Below are positions 19,855 through 31,831 of a stretch of DNA of 64,000 nt, piece after piece. Origin of the DNA: Actinomycetota bacterium (GTDB lineage Bacteria > Actinomycetota > Actinomycetes > S36-B12). Under the pieces are notes generated by a model, which saw only the letters and a list, made by a program, of their open reading frames with translations, did no database searches and had not been told where the DNA came from. The stretch spans positions 9,390 through 73,389 of the forward strand of contig JAFMCH010000003.1 of assembly GCA_017857875.1 (NCBI GenBank). The letters run 5' to 3'. Made by a program: the position numbers and the translations under genes. Numbering within the stretch: the stretch's first letter is position 1; each line of letters opens with the position of its first letter.

Positions 19855-22006
19855 TCAACGCCACGACCGACACCGGCGGCAAGAACCGGTCACCATAAAC
19901 CTCGGCGAGCGCGCGGGCCCGGGCAACGAAGCCCGCCGGACCTGACACCGTGCCATCGGCGCTGACGTAGCCATTGACATATTGCAGGACACCACCGGTC
20001 CACGGCGGGAATCCGATGCCGAAGATCGAGCCGATATTAGCCTCGGGTACCGACCGCAGCACGCCCTCATCGAGGCACTTGATGCTCTCAATCGCCTCAG
20101 CAAACAGCATGCGCTCCTTCATGTCGTCAAACGGCATGTCGGTGTTATCGCCACCAAAGTGCTCAGGCAGGTCATCCCATAGGCCTAGGCGCTTGCCTTC
20201 GGCGTAGTCATAAAATCCCGCGCCGGCGGCCCGGCCACCGCGTTCGTATTCCAACACCATGGCGTCAATGGCCGGGAACGATGGATGCTCGACAAACTCT
20301 GCGCCAGCCTCTGCTGCTGCCGCGCGACCCTCTTCGCGAATGCGACGCCCCAACGTCAGACTCACCTCATCGAAGAGCGCGAGCGGCCCCGTGGGATAGC
20401 CCGCCTGCAGGCCCGCCTGCTCGATGGAAGGCGCGGGAACACCCTCGGCCAGCATCGCGACCGCCTCACCCATGAACGTGCCAATCACTCGCGAGGTGAA
20501 GAATCCACGCGAGTCATTGACCACGATTGGTGTCTTCTTGATTTGCGCGGCAAAGTCGAGAGCCTTGGCAATTGCCGCATCCGAGGTCTTTTCGCCGACC
20601 ACAATCTCAAGCAGCGGCATTTTGTCGACCGGGGAAAAGAAGTGCAGGCCAATGAAATCCTCTTGCCGGCTAACGGCATTAGCTAGACCGGTGATCGGCA
20701 GTGTCGAGGTATTCGATCCGAGTAATGCATCCGCAGCAACGACAGGTTCGATCCTCCCGAATACTTCGGCCTTGAGTTCTTGACTTTCGAAGACGGCCTC
20801 AATGACGAGGTCTGCACCCTTGGCCTCATCGACAGAGTCGGCAGGGTGGATGCGCGAAAGCACCTCTACGCGCTGCTCATCGGTCATGCGACCGCGAGAC
20901 ACGGCCTTTTCGAGGAGGTTCTCCGAGTAGGCCTTGCCCTTCTCTGCCGCAGCCATTGTGGTGTCGACGAGGACAACCTCAATGTTGTTGCGAGCGCACA
21001 CATATGCGATGCCCGCGCCCATCATGCCCGCACCCATGACTAGAGCCTTGGTTGCGGTGTAACGCGGGAACCCTTCGGGACGAGCACCACCCTTGGTGAT
21101 GTGCTGCAGATCAAAGAAGAACGCCTGGGTCATGTTTTTGGCCGTCTGGCCGGTGGCCAGGCTGACGAAGTATCGGCCTTCGATCTTCTCGGCGTTTGCG
21201 AAATCAACCTGGGCGCCCTCGACGGCCGCCGACATGATGGCCAGCGGAGCCGGCATCGGTGCACCCTTAAGTTGCTTACGCAGATTGGCCGGGAACGCAG
21301 GCAACATCATGGCGAGTTTGGGCTGAGATGGCGTACCGCCCGGCATCTTGTAACCGGGGGCATCCCACTGTTGTACGGCCTCTGGGTTGGCCTTGATCCA
21401 CGCGCGAGCCTGACTCATCATCGTGTCGGGATCGGCCACGACCTCATCCACCAAACCAACCTCGGCTGCCTTCGTCGGCTTCCGGCGTTGACCCTGCAGG
21501 AGCACTTCCATAAGTGCCTTTTGTAGACCGAACATGCGAATGGTGCGCACGACGCCACCAGCGCCGGGCAACAGGCCCAGCGTTACCTCCGGCAGACCGA
21601 TTTCGCTACCGCGCGCATCTAGTGCGATTCGGTGATGACAGGCCAGGGCGATCTCTAGTCCACCGCCGAGTGCCGCACCGTTGATGGCGGCCACCACTGG
21701 CACCCCTGAGGTTTCCAAACGGCGCAGCGCACGCTTGATGCGCGCAGTTTCTGCCTCGAGGCGTTCAGCATCAGCCGGGGTGGCCTGCACGATCAGGTTG
21801 AGATCGGCACCGGCAAAGAACGTCTTCTTCGCGCTCGTGACAATGACGCCGCTGATTTCGTTCTTCTCAGCCTCAATCCGATCGAGGGTCTGTTCGAGCG
21901 AAGAAATGAACAGCTCGTTCATCGTGTTGGCCCCGGCATCGGGGTCATCCATCGTGAGCGTGACGACACCGTCAGCATCAGCATTCCAAGAAATCATGTT
22001 CGTCAT
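19829..22006 (-). CDS. fadB: Bifunctional enoyl-CoA hydratase / 3-hydroxyacyl-CoA dehydrogenase
   Basis: An N-terminal crotonase fold (FFAGADL, AAINGAALGGGLE) is followed by an NAD fold (MGAGMMGAGIA). I trimmed the start to MTNMISW just downstream of the fadA stop. Confidence 0.9.
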   Translation of the reverse strand: MTNMISWNADADGVVTLTMDDPDAGANTMNELFISSLEQTLDRIEAEKNEISGVIVTSAKKTFFAGADLNLIVQATPADAERLEAETARIKRALRRLETSGVPVVAAINGAALGGGLEIALACHHRIALDARGSEIGLPEVTLGLLPGAGGVVRTIRMFGLQKALMEVLLQGQRRKPTKAAEVGLVDEVVADPDTMMSQARAWIKANPEAVQQWDAPGYKMPGGTPSQPKLAMMLPAFPANLRKQLKGAPMPAPLAIMSAAVEGAQVDFANAEKIEGRYFVSLATGQTAKNMTQAFFFDLQHITKGGARPEGFPRYTATKALVMGAGMMGAGIAYVCARNNIEVVLVDTTMAAAEKGKAYSENLLEKAVSRGRMTDEQRVEVLSRIHPADSVDEAKGADLVIEAVFESQELKAEVFGRIEPVVAADALLGSNTSTLPITGLANAVSRQEDFIGLHFFSPVDKMPLLEIVVGEKTSDAAIAKALDFAAQIKKTPIVVNDSRGFFTSRVIGTFMGEAVAMLAEGVPAPSIEQAGLQAGYPTGPLALFDEVSLTLGRRIREEGRAAAAEAGAEFVEHPSFPAIDAMVLEYERGGRAAGAGFYDYAEGKRLGLWDDLPEHFGGDNTDMPFDDMKERMLFAEAIESIKCLDEGVLRSVPEANIGSIFGIGFPPWTGGVLQYVNGYVSADGTVSGPAGFVARARALAEVYGDRFLPPVSVVALSESGGHYV

Positions 22007-22023
22007 TGTGTGTTCTATCTCCC

Positions 22024-23238
22024 TCAGACGCGTTCGATGATTGTGGCCAGGCCCATGCCGCCACCGATGCACAAAGTGATCAGGCCGTAACGGCCACCGG
22101 TGCGCTCCAACTCGTCGAGCACGGTGCCGGTGATCATGGTGCCTGTGGCGCCCAGCGGGTGACCCATCGCGATGGCGCCACCGTTGACGTTGACCTGCTC
22201 AATGTCCAGATCGAAATCCTTCATCCACTTCAGCACGACAGCAGCGAATGCCTCGTTGAGTTCCCAGACATCGATGTCGCTAGGTGAAAGCCCTGCTGCA
22301 GCAAGAACTTTATGAGTGGCCGGTGTCGGGCCCGTCAGCATGATGGTGGGATCGGCGCCGCTCACTGCGGTAGCAACAACGCGGGCCCGCGGTGTCATTC
22401 CTGCGATACGACCGGCTTCCTCGCTACCCACCAGCACGAGTGCAGCACCATCGACGATGCCCGAAGAGTTACCGGCTGTGTGCACGTGGTTGATCCGTTC
22501 GACCCAGTGGAACTTCTGTAGCGCGACGGCATCGAAACCACCCATGTCGCCCATAGCAGCAAACGACGGCGTGAGCTTGGACAGCGACTCCATGGTCGTA
22601 TCCGGACGCATGTGTTCGTCGTGATCAAGAATGATGACGCCGTTTAAATCACGTACCGGAACTACGGATTTGGTGAAGTTGCCGCTGCTCCATGCGGCTG
22701 CAGCGCGCTCCTGGGAACGAACCGAGTAGGCGTCGACATCGTCGCGACTGAACCCCTCGATCGTGGCAATGAGGTCCGCGCTGATGCCCTGCGGCACGAA
22801 ATAGGAGTCATAAGCCGTCTCAGGATCCATCGCCCACGGACCGCCATCGCTGCCGATGGGCACACGGCTGAGCGACTCAACACCACCTGCCACGACCAGA
22901 GAGTCCCAACCGGCACGCACCTTCTGGGCGGCCATGTTGATCGACTCAAGTCCGGATGCGCAAAAGCGGTTGATCTGAGTGCCCGCAACCGTGACCGGAA
23001 GACCCGCGGCGATAGCAGCGGTCTTGGCGATGTCGGCACCCTGATCACCGATGGGGGTGACGCACCCCAAGATCACATCGTCGATCTCACTGGGATCCAG
23101 GTCAGGATGTCGGGTCTGCATCTCGTGCAACAGGCCGGTCACCAAACTCACCGGCTTCACACCATGCAGTGAGCCATTGGCTTTGCCGCGACCTCGAGGG
23201 GTGCGGATCGCTTCGTAGATAAATGCCTCGTTCGCCAT
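22024..23238 (-). CDS. fadA: Acetyl-CoA C-acyltransferase (thiolase)
   Basis: 404 aa with the active-site Cys block ([10 protein letters not shown]) and the C-terminal thiolase signatures [17 protein letters not shown] and TLCIGGGMG. Confidence 0.93.
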   Translation of the reverse strand: MANEAFIYEAIRTPRGRGKANGSLHGVKPVSLVTGLLHEMQTRHPDLDPSEIDDVILGCVTPIGDQGADIAKTAAIAAGLPVTVAGTQINRFCASGLESINMAAQKVRAGWDSLVVAGGVESLSRVPIGSDGGPWAMDPETAYDSYFVPQGISADLIATIEGFSRDDVDAYSVRSQERAAAAWSSGNFTKSVVPVRDLNGVIILDHDEHMRPDTTMESLSKLTPSFAAMGDMGGFDAVALQKFHWVERINHVHTAGNSSGIVDGAALVLVGSEEAGRIAGMTPRARVVATAVSGADPTIMLTGPTPATHKVLAAAGLSPSDIDVWELNEAFAAVVLKWMKDFDLDIEQVNVNGGAIAMGHPLGATGTMITGTVLDELERTGGRYGLITLCIGGGMGLATIIERV

Positions 23239-23281
23239 GGTGCAACTCCCCTTCGAAGAATCAGCGTGATCTGCCTGGCCT

Positions 23282-23300
23282 TATTGAGCAACTGTCAATA
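23282..23300. promoter_or_regulatory. AT-rich inverted repeat upstream of fadA (candidate TetR-type operator)
   Basis: TATTGA-N7-TCAATA lies ~45 bp upstream of the fadA start in otherwise GC-rich DNA. The arms are only 6 bp, so this is weak. Confidence 0.2.
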
Positions 23301-23358
23301 GCAACGGTACTCCTCAACGTGACGAACGACAAGGGGGTCATGGGCTACTGTCTGGCCC

Positions 23359-24204
23359 ATGGCTCGTCAATCCTGGGGACAAAGCAAGCAGCTCACCACG
23401 AAGTCGTGGGCGATCGTGAAAGAAAATCGGTACCTACTGGCCTTCCCGATTCTGGGCTTCCTCGTCAGCCTCATTCCGCTCGCTGTTTTCTGGGTTCCCG
23501 CGGCATGGTTATTCGCCACGAACAACAACATCCCCGCCGTCGTGTTGATCATCGTCGGTATCTTCGCCAACCAGATTGTGATTGCGATAGCAAGCGGTGG
23601 ACTCGTCGCCGCAACCGATAGCGAGTTGGCCGGTGGCCAGTCATCTGTGGGACACGGCATTGGCGTATCTATCACCCGGATATTTCCGCTCATCGCATGG
23701 GCGTTCATCCAAACGGTTGTGAACGTCATCGTGGGCCTGATACGGGGCAATGGCCAAGGCGGGGTCGGTGATGCGGTGCGCAATATTGCCGCCGCAGGCA
23801 TTTTGGCCCTGTGGGGCCTCATCACCTTTTTTGTGGTTCCGTTCATCGTGTTGGAAAAGGTAGGCCCCATCACGGCCATTAAGGAGTCGTCAAAGTTGCT
23901 CAAAGCCCGATGGGGGCTTCAGATTTTTGGCGGCGTGCGCATCGGTGGACTCATCGGACTGACCGCTATCTTCCCCGCCATCATTTTGATTGTCGGCGGA
24001 ATATTTCTGACCGCGAGTGACAATTGGGCGGTCGGAGTACCGCTGATCGTGGTGGGGGTCATTCTCTTGGTGATCGGCAGTCTGCTGCTGGCGACGTTGC
24101 GGGGAATATTCTCAGTCGTACTGTTCAGATATGCCAAAGACGATGCTGTAGAGGGTGGATTTACCGCCGAGGAACTCATCGGCGCGGTGCGCACGAAAGC
24201 GTGA
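23359..24204 (+). CDS. Polytopic membrane protein (DUF6159-like)
   Basis: 281 aa with ~6 TM helices and a Gly/Ile-rich composition. The family name is from memory only. Confidence 0.5.
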   Translation: MARQSWGQSKQLTTKSWAIVKENRYLLAFPILGFLVSLIPLAVFWVPAAWLFATNNNIPAVVLIIVGIFANQIVIAIASGGLVAATDSELAGGQSSVGHGIGVSITRIFPLIAWAFIQTVVNVIVGLIRGNGQGGVGDAVRNIAAAGILALWGLITFFVVPFIVLEKVGPITAIKESSKLLKARWGLQIFGGVRIGGLIGLTAIFPAIILIVGGIFLTASDNWAVGVPLIVVGVILLVIGSLLLATLRGIFSVVLFRYAKDDAVEGGFTAEELIGAVRTKA

Positions 24205-24749
24205 TTCGTATCGGCTTGCTGGGTGGTGAATGCACCGGCAAAACAACCTTGGCCGAAGACGTCGCACAATCACTCAATGGTCTCGTGGCACCAGAATACC
24301 TGCGCGACTTTGTGCGCGATTTCGGTCGACTGCCTCAGCTCGACGACCAAGAAGGCATCTTCCTCACCCAGCAGGTAACCGTTCACACGGTGTCGCGCGC
24401 AGCCGCCCACAGTCAAGTGCCGCTCGTGATCGCCGACCCCTTACCGCTGATGACCGCCGTGTACTCGCTGGTGTATTTCGACAGCAAGGAACTGATCACA
24501 CCTGGGCTGTCCGATGCGGCTAGTTACGACCTGATCGTGTGCTGCACCCGCACTGATGAATGGACCCCCGATGGCCTCCAGCGCGATGGACTCATGCGAC
24601 AAGAGCAAGCCCAGGCCGTCATTCACGACACCGTTGTGCCCCTGCTCACCGCTCGGGGGCATGCCGTGATCGTGGTGAGCGGAGACCGATCTGAGCGAAC
24701 CGCAGCTGTTAACGCAGCCATCGGCGACCTCGATATCACATCGCACTAG
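24201..24749 (+). CDS. AAA_28 / NadR-type P-loop ATPase (possible nicotinamide-riboside-kinase-like)
   Basis: The GTG at 24201 overlaps the upstream stop (GTGA). It has a Walker A motif (GGECTGKTTLAEDV). The longest ORF, from 24024, overlaps the previous gene in another frame and was trimmed. Confidence 0.6.
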   Translation: MIRIGLLGGECTGKTTLAEDVAQSLNGLVAPEYLRDFVRDFGRLPQLDDQEGIFLTQQVTVHTVSRAAAHSQVPLVIADPLPLMTAVYSLVYFDSKELITPGLSDAASYDLIVCCTRTDEWTPDGLQRDGLMRQEQAQAVIHDTVVPLLTARGHAVIVVSGDRSERTAAVNAAIGDLDITSH

Positions 24750-24826
24750 CCGCAACGCATCATCGAAGGGCTGGTTATCTTGGCCGCTGTTGACCTGGAT
24801 GCGTGGTCGCGGTCACGACGCACGAC

Positions 24827-25999
24827 CTAGCGCATTCGCTGGCCAGCGACCCACACTCCTGTAGTTAGCGGCACACCAGGACGATACGCCAGATGGATGT
24901 GGTTAGCCGCCGCCAGCGACTGTAAATCGGCACGGGCACCAGGAGCAATGATCCCGATGTCATCGCGCTGCAGCGCAGCAGCGCCGCCAGCGGTCGACGC
25001 CCAGACTGCTTCTGCCGGCGTCATTCCCATGTCGCGAACGGCAAGGGCGATGGCAAACGGCAGCGACGTTGTGTATGAAGTTCCCGGATTGCAATCGCTG
25101 GCCAGTGCCACCGTCACACCGGCATCAAGCGCCCGTCGAATATTCGGATACGGGGCACGGGTGGAGAACTCAGCACCCGGTACGAAAGTGGCAATCGTGC
25201 GGGAACTGGCGAGGGCAGCAAGATCTTCGTCACTCAGGTAGGTGCAGTGATCCACACTCGCCGCTTTCAGTTCGACCCCGAGTTGCACCCCGGGACCTGG
25301 CTGAAGCTGATTGGCATGCAAACGCAGGCCAAGACCCCGCGCTGAACATGCGGTCAAAATATGTCGGGCCTGGTCGACATCGAAAGCGCCTCGATCACAA
25401 AAAACATCAGCCCATTTCGCGTACGGCAAAGATTGCTCCAGCATGTCCCCAATCACAAGCGATACATAGGCATCTGGGTTATGTGCAAACTCCTGCGGCA
25501 CCACGTGAGCGCCTAAGAAAGTCGTTTCGCTAGTGATGGAACACGCTGCTTGCAGACTCCTACATTCATCGTGAACGGTCAATCCATAACCACTTTTGGC
25601 CTCGAGCGTGGTTGTACCTTGACCCAACGCTTCCTCGCGCAACTTTGCTGCCCGTTCCCGAAGCACCTCATCACTGGTCGCACGCGTGGCCGCAACGGTC
25701 GCACGAATACCGCCTGCCTCATAGGTATCTCCAGCCATCCGGGCGGCAAACTCCGATGATCGATCACCACCGAAAATTGGATGGGTGTGGCTGTCAACGA
25801 ATCCTGGCAGGACGCAGCAGCCATCCATATCGTGGGTCGTATCAGCGTCCGGGCACTGGGTCGATGGACCGACCCAAGCAATGCGACCATCGACGCTCAC
25901 CACCGCCGCATCGGTCACCGCGCCCAACGGCCCGGTGCCGTGCGAAGCGTCACAGGTAACGAGTTCACCAATATTTCGCCAAGCAACGACCGAGCTCAT
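24827..25999 (-). CDS. hutI: Imidazolonepropionase
   Basis: Has the amidohydrolase HxH motif ([13 protein letters not shown]) and the HutI pattern. The ATG at 25997-25999 overlaps the hutF stop (ATGA). Confidence 0.9.
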   Translation of the reverse strand: MSSVVAWRNIGELVTCDASHGTGPLGAVTDAAVVSVDGRIAWVGPSTQCPDADTTHDMDGCCVLPGFVDSHTHPIFGGDRSSEFAARMAGDTYEAGGIRATVAATRATSDEVLRERAAKLREEALGQGTTTLEAKSGYGLTVHDECRSLQAACSITSETTFLGAHVVPQEFAHNPDAYVSLVIGDMLEQSLPYAKWADVFCDRGAFDVDQARHILTACSARGLGLRLHANQLQPGPGVQLGVELKAASVDHCTYLSDEDLAALASSRTIATFVPGAEFSTRAPYPNIRRALDAGVTVALASDCNPGTSYTTSLPFAIALAVRDMGMTPAEAVWASTAGGAAALQRDDIGIIAPGARADLQSLAAANHIHLAYRPGVPLTTGVWVAGQRMR

Positions 26000-27309
26000 G
26001 ACAGATCTCCCCACACTGTGGCTAACGCGGCGGACAATTCCGCCGTCACATCGATATCGACGTGACGACCGTCGCGTACCTTCTCCACACCGGTGACGTA
26101 GACAGTCTTGATGTCAGCACCACTGGCCGCGAACACCAGCCCTGACAATGATTCAGCAGACGCTCCAGCCAGACGTCGGGAGTGTGGGTCAATCTCAACA
26201 AGGTCAGCCGGACTCCCCACGGTGATTCCGTCGCGCGTACCGATACGAGCCAGGTCAGGTCCACTGAATGTTCCGCGTCGTCCGGTGGCAAGACGCTGAT
26301 CCCATTCGATGCGCTGCATCTCCGCGAAAGGATCGATAATCGCCTGGGAATCACTACCCAAGGACAACCCACTCCCAGCATCGCGCAACAAACCGGCTGG
26401 ACCAATACCGTCAGCCAGCTCCGCTTCGGTAGTCGGACACAGACACACATGAGAGCTGCTCAGCAACTGAATATCGACTGACGACAGGTGGGTCGCATGG
26501 ACAGCGGTGAAGTCTGCATCTAATGCGCCGGCATCAGCAAATACTTGAGTAGGCGAGCGCCCATAAGCAGCAAAGCACTCCTCGTTTTCTCGGGGTTGCT
26601 CAGAAACGTGGGCGTGCAGGGGCACGTTGCGCTGCTGGGCAATAAAGGATGCGGATTCGATGTCAGTCGGAGTAACTGCTCGCACCGAATGCACGGCGAG
26701 CCCACGGCACACCGAGTCATGCTTCAGCGGGGCCGCGTTTCGCTCGATCCATCGATCAACATTTCCGTCACTGAACCGCATTTGAACACCTTCAGCGCCA
26801 ACGCCCGGAGCCGAACCGAGGTAGAGAGTGTCCAAGAGGGTGAGGCCAATGCCGCTGTGAACCGCTGCTTGGGCAAGGGCATGGGACATTTCGTTTGGAT
26901 CGGCATACGAAACCCCGCCGCGATCATGGTGAAGGTAGTGAAATTCACTGACCCGCGTGTATCCGCTTTCCACCATTTCGGCGTAGGTCGCTCGAGCAAG
27001 TGCAGCGTACGTCTCAGGTGTCAGTGCAGTGGCTAGCGCATACATCTGCTCGCGCCACTCCCAAAAAGATGCACTGCCTGAATGCGTGCGCCCGCGGATC
27101 CCGCGATGAAACGCGTGCGAATGATTATTGACAAATCCAGGAAGCACCCAGCCGGTCAGTCTGTGTGCATGAGCCGAAGGCTTGACCCCGGGCGTGATGG
27201 CCATAACGATGCCTGCATTGTCGATCTCGATAAGTACCTCAGCGCTGAGCCCCGCACCACCCAGCCACGCTTGGGCACACCAAATCTCCGTCATGGTCAC
27301 ATCTGTCAT
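25996..27309 (-). CDS. hutF: Formimidoylglutamate deiminase
   Basis: 437 aa amidohydrolase ([12 protein letters not shown]), positioned between the M20 hydrolase and hutI. Confidence 0.82.
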   Translation of the reverse strand: MTDVTMTEIWCAQAWLGGAGLSAEVLIEIDNAGIVMAITPGVKPSAHAHRLTGWVLPGFVNNHSHAFHRGIRGRTHSGSASFWEWREQMYALATALTPETYAALARATYAEMVESGYTRVSEFHYLHHDRGGVSYADPNEMSHALAQAAVHSGIGLTLLDTLYLGSAPGVGAEGVQMRFSDGNVDRWIERNAAPLKHDSVCRGLAVHSVRAVTPTDIESASFIAQQRNVPLHAHVSEQPRENEECFAAYGRSPTQVFADAGALDADFTAVHATHLSSVDIQLLSSSHVCLCPTTEAELADGIGPAGLLRDAGSGLSLGSDSQAIIDPFAEMQRIEWDQRLATGRRGTFSGPDLARIGTRDGITVGSPADLVEIDPHSRRLAGASAESLSGLVFAASGADIKTVYVTGVEKVRDGRHVDIDVTAELSAALATVWGDLS

Positions 27310-28505
27310 GTTCTCGTTAGGGACAGGTCGACGAGCACGCGCTCGAGCGCTTCAACTCCAGCGCGGCAATCGGACTCCTCCGCGCTCTCCTCTGGCGCAT
27401 GCGACACACCCGTAGGATTGCGAACAAACAGCATGGCTGTCCGCACGCCCGCATCCGATAACACACCTGCGTCGTGTCCGGCACCGGTATCCATCAGCGG
27501 CGCTGATGCGAGGAGACCCGAAAGATGTCCGGCGAGGGGACGATCAAAGGTTTGTTCAGGGGTGCTTGATTCGGCAAGCAGAGATACTCCACACGACCGG
27601 GCGATGTCATCGACTAAAGCGGTGAGCGTTTGCTCATCCCCTGCCCGCGCATCAAGCCAGGCCGTCACAACAGCCGGTATCGCATTGATGGCGTTAGGCG
27701 TGATCTGGACCCGACCTATTGTCGCTCGGGCCGGCCGGTTTGGTGAGTCGATTCGTCCGGCTTGAACGTGGGCGGCGTCAATCAGGGCAGCCAGGGTCAA
27801 CATCGGATCATCGCGATCCACCATGCGCGCGGTACCCGCGTGATCAGCTCGGCCCGTGATGTCGCAACGCCACCGGCCATGGGGCCAGATCCGAGTTCCC
27901 ACACCCACCGCGTGTTCAGTGTCAATGAGTGCTCGACCCTGTTCCACGTGCAGTTCGACAAACGTGTTGATATCGGCCAGACGCGCCTGATCCGCACCGA
28001 CAAGATGCGGATCGCGACCTTGGGCGTGCATCGCCTCGGCAAGAGTTATGCCGTCGTCATCTCGAAGTCCTAGTACCCGCGTCGGTTCCACTACCCCGGT
28101 CATCAATCGAGAACCAAGACATGCCAACCCAAAGCGCCCACCTTCTTCATCGGTGAAGCAAGCAAGTGCAATCGGCCGAACTGGCTGAACACCCCGGTCC
28201 TTCATCGAAGCGATGGCCGCAAAACCGCTTGCTACACCGAGTGGACCATCGAAAGCGCCACCACGCGGCACCGAATCAAGGTGAGAGCCCGTAACAATCG
28301 CATCACCATCAGCCGGGTTTCCCCACCACGCCCAACGATTGCCATTGCGATCGCATTCCACAGACAAACCCAACGAAGCTGCCGTGGCGTCGAACCATTC
28401 GGCTAGTTCCCGTTCGGTATCGGTGAGTGCGAATCGTCGGTATCCACCCGTTCGATCCTTACCGATACCAACGATCTGCTCGAGTAGATCGACCACGTCA
28501 AGCAT
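27306..28505 (-). CDS. M20-family Zn-dependent amidohydrolase (allantoate amidohydrolase / N-carbamoyl-amino-acid hydrolase type)
   Basis: 399 aa with the blocks GSHLDSVPRGGAFDGPLGV and FTDEEGGRFG. It is embedded in the hut operon with 4-nt overlaps. Confidence 0.8.
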   Translation of the reverse strand: MLDVVDLLEQIVGIGKDRTGGYRRFALTDTERELAEWFDATAASLGLSVECDRNGNRWAWWGNPADGDAIVTGSHLDSVPRGGAFDGPLGVASGFAAIASMKDRGVQPVRPIALACFTDEEGGRFGLACLGSRLMTGVVEPTRVLGLRDDDGITLAEAMHAQGRDPHLVGADQARLADINTFVELHVEQGRALIDTEHAVGVGTRIWPHGRWRCDITGRADHAGTARMVDRDDPMLTLAALIDAAHVQAGRIDSPNRPARATIGRVQITPNAINAIPAVVTAWLDARAGDEQTLTALVDDIARSCGVSLLAESSTPEQTFDRPLAGHLSGLLASAPLMDTGAGHDAGVLSDAGVRTAMLFVRNPTGVSHAPEESAEESDCRAGVEALERVLVDLSLTRT

Positions 28506-28508
28506 CGA

Positions 28509-30188
28509 CTACTCCTCACGCATGGGCACACGAACATCACGTTGTTCGGCGACCTCATCGGCACGGTCATACCCGGCATCACAATGCCGGATGATTCCCA
28601 TCGCCGGGTCATTGGTTAAGACTCGGGCCAATTTCGCTGCAGCCAATGCGGATCCGTCGGCGACGCTCACCTGACCTGCATGCAGTGACCTGCCAATGCC
28701 CACGCCACCACCATGATGCAGCGATACCCAACTTGCACCTGATGCTGTGTTCACCAGGGCATTCAGTATCGGCCAATCGGCGATCGCATCGGACCCATCC
28801 GCCATGGCTTCTGTCTCACGGTAGGGAGAAGCCACGGAGCCGCAGTCCAGATGATCGCGACCGATCACAATCGGCGCCTTCAGTTCCCCGCTCGCCACCA
28901 TTTCATTGAACAGCAGTCCCGCCTTGTCACGCTCTCCGTATCCCAGCCAGCAAATACGTGCAGGCAAGCCCTGAAACGCTACTCGCTCTCCGGCTAAACG
29001 GATCCAGCGATGAAGTTGCTCGTTGTCAGGAAACAAATCCATGATGGCCTGGTCGGTCTTAGCGATATCACTCGGATCACCACTGAGCGCCACCCAGCGG
29101 AACGGGCCCTTGCCTTCACAGAACAACGGGCGAATGTAGGCAGGAATGAAGCCCGGAAAGTCAAAGGCGCGACTATACCCACCCTGACGTGCTTCGTCTC
29201 GAATCGAATTTCCGTAATCGAACACCTCCGCACCGTTGTCCATGAAGCCGACCATCGCCTCGACGTGCTTGGCCATCGACTGGCGCGCGCGATCGGTGTA
29301 CTCCTCCGGCTTCTTGGCCGAGTAGTCATCAGACTCAGACGCTTCAATATTTTCCGGCAAGTAACTGAGTGGGTCGTGGGCGCTGGTCTGATCGGTGACA
29401 ATGTCAATCTCGACGCCTCTACGTAGAAGTTCCGGGAAGACCACTGCGGCATTGCCCACGACTCCGACGCTCAGTGCGCGACGCTCACGTTTTGCCGCCA
29501 AGCATCGTTTGACCGCGTCATCCAGGTCAGTGGCCACCTCATCGAGGTAGCGATCCTTCACCCGCTTACTCAAACGCGTGGGATCAACATCGATGATGAG
29601 GCACACTCCCTCGTTCATGGTCACTGCCAATGGCTGGGCGCCACCCATACCACCGCATCCGGCCGTCAGCGTGAGGGTGCCCGCAAGCGTGCCACCAAAT
29701 CGCTTGGTCGCCACGGCAGCGAATGTTTCATAGGTTCCTTGCAGGATTCCTTGCGTACCAATATAAATCCACGATCCTGCGGTCATCTGCCCATACATGG
29801 TCAAGCCCAGTTGTTCCAGGCGTCGGAACTCAGGCCACGTAGACCAATCCCCGACCAGATTGGAATTCGCGATGAGCACACGTGGTGCCCATTCGTGGGT
29901 CTGCATGACCCCAACGGGTCGGCCGGACTGCACTAGCATCGTCTCGTCATCACGAAGCGACGTGAGGGTACGAGTCATGGCGTCGAAGGATGCCCAATCT
30001 CGAGCGGCTCTTCCGGTGCCGCCGTATACAACCAGACGATCCGGATGCTCGGCAACTTCGGGGTCAAGATTGTTGTGCAGCATGCGCAATGCGGCTTCGG
30101 TCTGCCACGAACCCGCGGTGCGTTTTGTGCCGCGAGCCGCATGTACTACGCGAGATCCCGTGAGTGTGTCGTGCACGGTGTCAGTCAT
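28509..30188 (-). CDS. hutU: Urocanate hydratase
   Basis: 559 aa with the HutU pattern throughout ([23 protein letters not shown]). Confidence 0.95.
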   Translation of the reverse strand: MTDTVHDTLTGSRVVHAARGTKRTAGSWQTEAALRMLHNNLDPEVAEHPDRLVVYGGTGRAARDWASFDAMTRTLTSLRDDETMLVQSGRPVGVMQTHEWAPRVLIANSNLVGDWSTWPEFRRLEQLGLTMYGQMTAGSWIYIGTQGILQGTYETFAAVATKRFGGTLAGTLTLTAGCGGMGGAQPLAVTMNEGVCLIIDVDPTRLSKRVKDRYLDEVATDLDDAVKRCLAAKRERRALSVGVVGNAAVVFPELLRRGVEIDIVTDQTSAHDPLSYLPENIEASESDDYSAKKPEEYTDRARQSMAKHVEAMVGFMDNGAEVFDYGNSIRDEARQGGYSRAFDFPGFIPAYIRPLFCEGKGPFRWVALSGDPSDIAKTDQAIMDLFPDNEQLHRWIRLAGERVAFQGLPARICWLGYGERDKAGLLFNEMVASGELKAPIVIGRDHLDCGSVASPYRETEAMADGSDAIADWPILNALVNTASGASWVSLHHGGGVGIGRSLHAGQVSVADGSALAAAKLARVLTNDPAMGIIRHCDAGYDRADEVAEQRDVRVPMREE

Positions 30189-31753
30189 GAAAATATCCCC
30201 TCACGTACATTGAGCGGTCCGGTCACGGCCTCAACGGCCGCCAAAACCGCGCCTGAGCGGACTAGGTCCGTGGCGATGGCAATCTCGGGAGCTAGGAATC
30301 GATCCGATCCAGGACCTGGTATCTGATGACGTAGAAGTGCCGTCACCGCATTCGTCGCATCTGCACTAGCAACAGGAGCGCGAATCTCCAGGGCACGAGC
30401 CGCAGTCATGACTTCGATGGCCACCACCGTCGCGAGACCATCAACGCTCTTACGCAATTTTCTCGCGGCACTCCAACCCATCGAGACGTGGTCTTCCTGC
30501 ATGGCGCTGGAAGGAATGGAATCAACACTTGCCGGTGCAGCGAGGCGCTTGAGGTCATGAACTATTCCGGCCGCGGTGTATTGAGCAATCATGTGGCCTG
30601 AGTCAACGCCCGCATCATGAGCCAGAAACGGTGGCAAGCCGTGGCTGCGATGTTGGTCCAGCATTCGATCAGTGCGGCGTTCACTCATGCTGGCCACATC
30701 GGCGCAGGCGATAGCGAGGAAATCAAGGACGTAACCAACCGGGGCGCCATGGAAATTGCCGTTGCTGGCCACATCACCGTCGATGGTGACAACCGGGTTA
30801 TCAATTGCTGATGCCAACTCCCAGGAAGCAACCCGCGCCGCGTGTTCCATGGTGTCGCGAGCGGCTCCGTGAACCTGCGGAGCACATCGCAACGAATAGG
30901 CATCTTGAACCCGCGTGTCATCGGGGCCCGAGTGACTAGCCACCATCGGACTACCTGACAACACCGCGCGCATAATTTCCGCACTGCGTATTTGACCCGG
31001 ATGGGGCCGCATAGCGATCAGGCCAGCAGCGAGAACAGCGTCCGTGCCGAGCAGGGCCTCGATACTCATCGCCGCGGCAATGTCGGCCGAAGTCAGTAGC
31101 ACCTCAAGATCAGCAAGGGCCAAGACCAGCATCCCCAACATGCCGTCCGTGCCGTTGATGAGAGCGAGTCCCTCCTTCTCAGCCAAGACCACCGGCTTCA
31201 ATCCCGCCGCTGCCAATGCATCGGCAGCCGAGCACTGCTGACCGGAGCCATCTCGCACCGTGCCTTCACCCATGACAGCGAGAGCAATGTGTGCCAGCGG
31301 CGCGAGATCACCCGAGCAGCCCAAGGATCCATATTCGTGAATGATCGGAGTGATCCCGGCATTGAGCATCGCGGCGTACGCTTCGGCGGTGCTCGGACGC
31401 ACACCGGTTCGACCCGTCGCCAAGGTGTGCAGTCGCAGCAGCATCGTTGCGCGGACAACCTCTCGCTCCACCTCGGGTCCTGCGCCAGCAGCGTGCGAAC
31501 GAATGAGGGACCGCTGCAGTTGGGCGCGCTGCTCGGGGGCGATATGGACAGTGGCTAAAGCTCCGAAGCCGGTGGAGATTCCATACGCCGGTGTATCAGC
31601 AGTGGCCAACGCATCGATGATGGCTCGACTAGTAGCCATGTGTGCGACCGCGTCAGCCGCGAGTCTGACCTGCGCATCACCCCGCGCAACCGCCACAACC
31701 TCGGCCGGTAATAAAGGCTGGGGACTCAACTCCACCGATGTAGTCACCTGCAC
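30185..31753 (-). CDS. hutH: Histidine ammonia-lyase
   Basis: Contains the MIO-forming ASG context ([14 protein letters not shown]) and the HAL pattern. I trimmed the start to the GTG at 31751-31753 (VQVTTSV). The 648-aa longest ORF overlaps the divergent IclR gene. Confidence 0.92.
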   Translation of the reverse strand: MQVTTSVELSPQPLLPAEVVAVARGDAQVRLAADAVAHMATSRAIIDALATADTPAYGISTGFGALATVHIAPEQRAQLQRSLIRSHAAGAGPEVEREVVRATMLLRLHTLATGRTGVRPSTAEAYAAMLNAGITPIIHEYGSLGCSGDLAPLAHIALAVMGEGTVRDGSGQQCSAADALAAAGLKPVVLAEKEGLALINGTDGMLGMLVLALADLEVLLTSADIAAAMSIEALLGTDAVLAAGLIAMRPHPGQIRSAEIMRAVLSGSPMVASHSGPDDTRVQDAYSLRCAPQVHGAARDTMEHAARVASWELASAIDNPVVTIDGDVASNGNFHGAPVGYVLDFLAIACADVASMSERRTDRMLDQHRSHGLPPFLAHDAGVDSGHMIAQYTAAGIVHDLKRLAAPASVDSIPSSAMQEDHVSMGWSAARKLRKSVDGLATVVAIEVMTAARALEIRAPVASADATNAVTALLRHQIPGPGSDRFLAPEIAIATDLVRSGAVLAAVEAVTGPLNVREGIFS

Positions 31754-31801
31754 ATCTTCAAGCCCTCGTGCGCGCGCGGGGTCTGTCCACGGGCCTATTG
31801 T

Positions 31802-31817
31802 GTCTGGGATACCAGAC
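31802..31817. promoter_or_regulatory. Inverted repeat overlapping the IclR gene ribosome-binding region (candidate operator)
   Basis: GTCTGG-GATA-CCAGAC ends 15 nt before the GTG start at 31832, in the hutH/iclR divergent spacer. The arms are 6 bp. Confidence 0.25.
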
Positions 31818-31831
31818 TGAAGGAGCACCGC

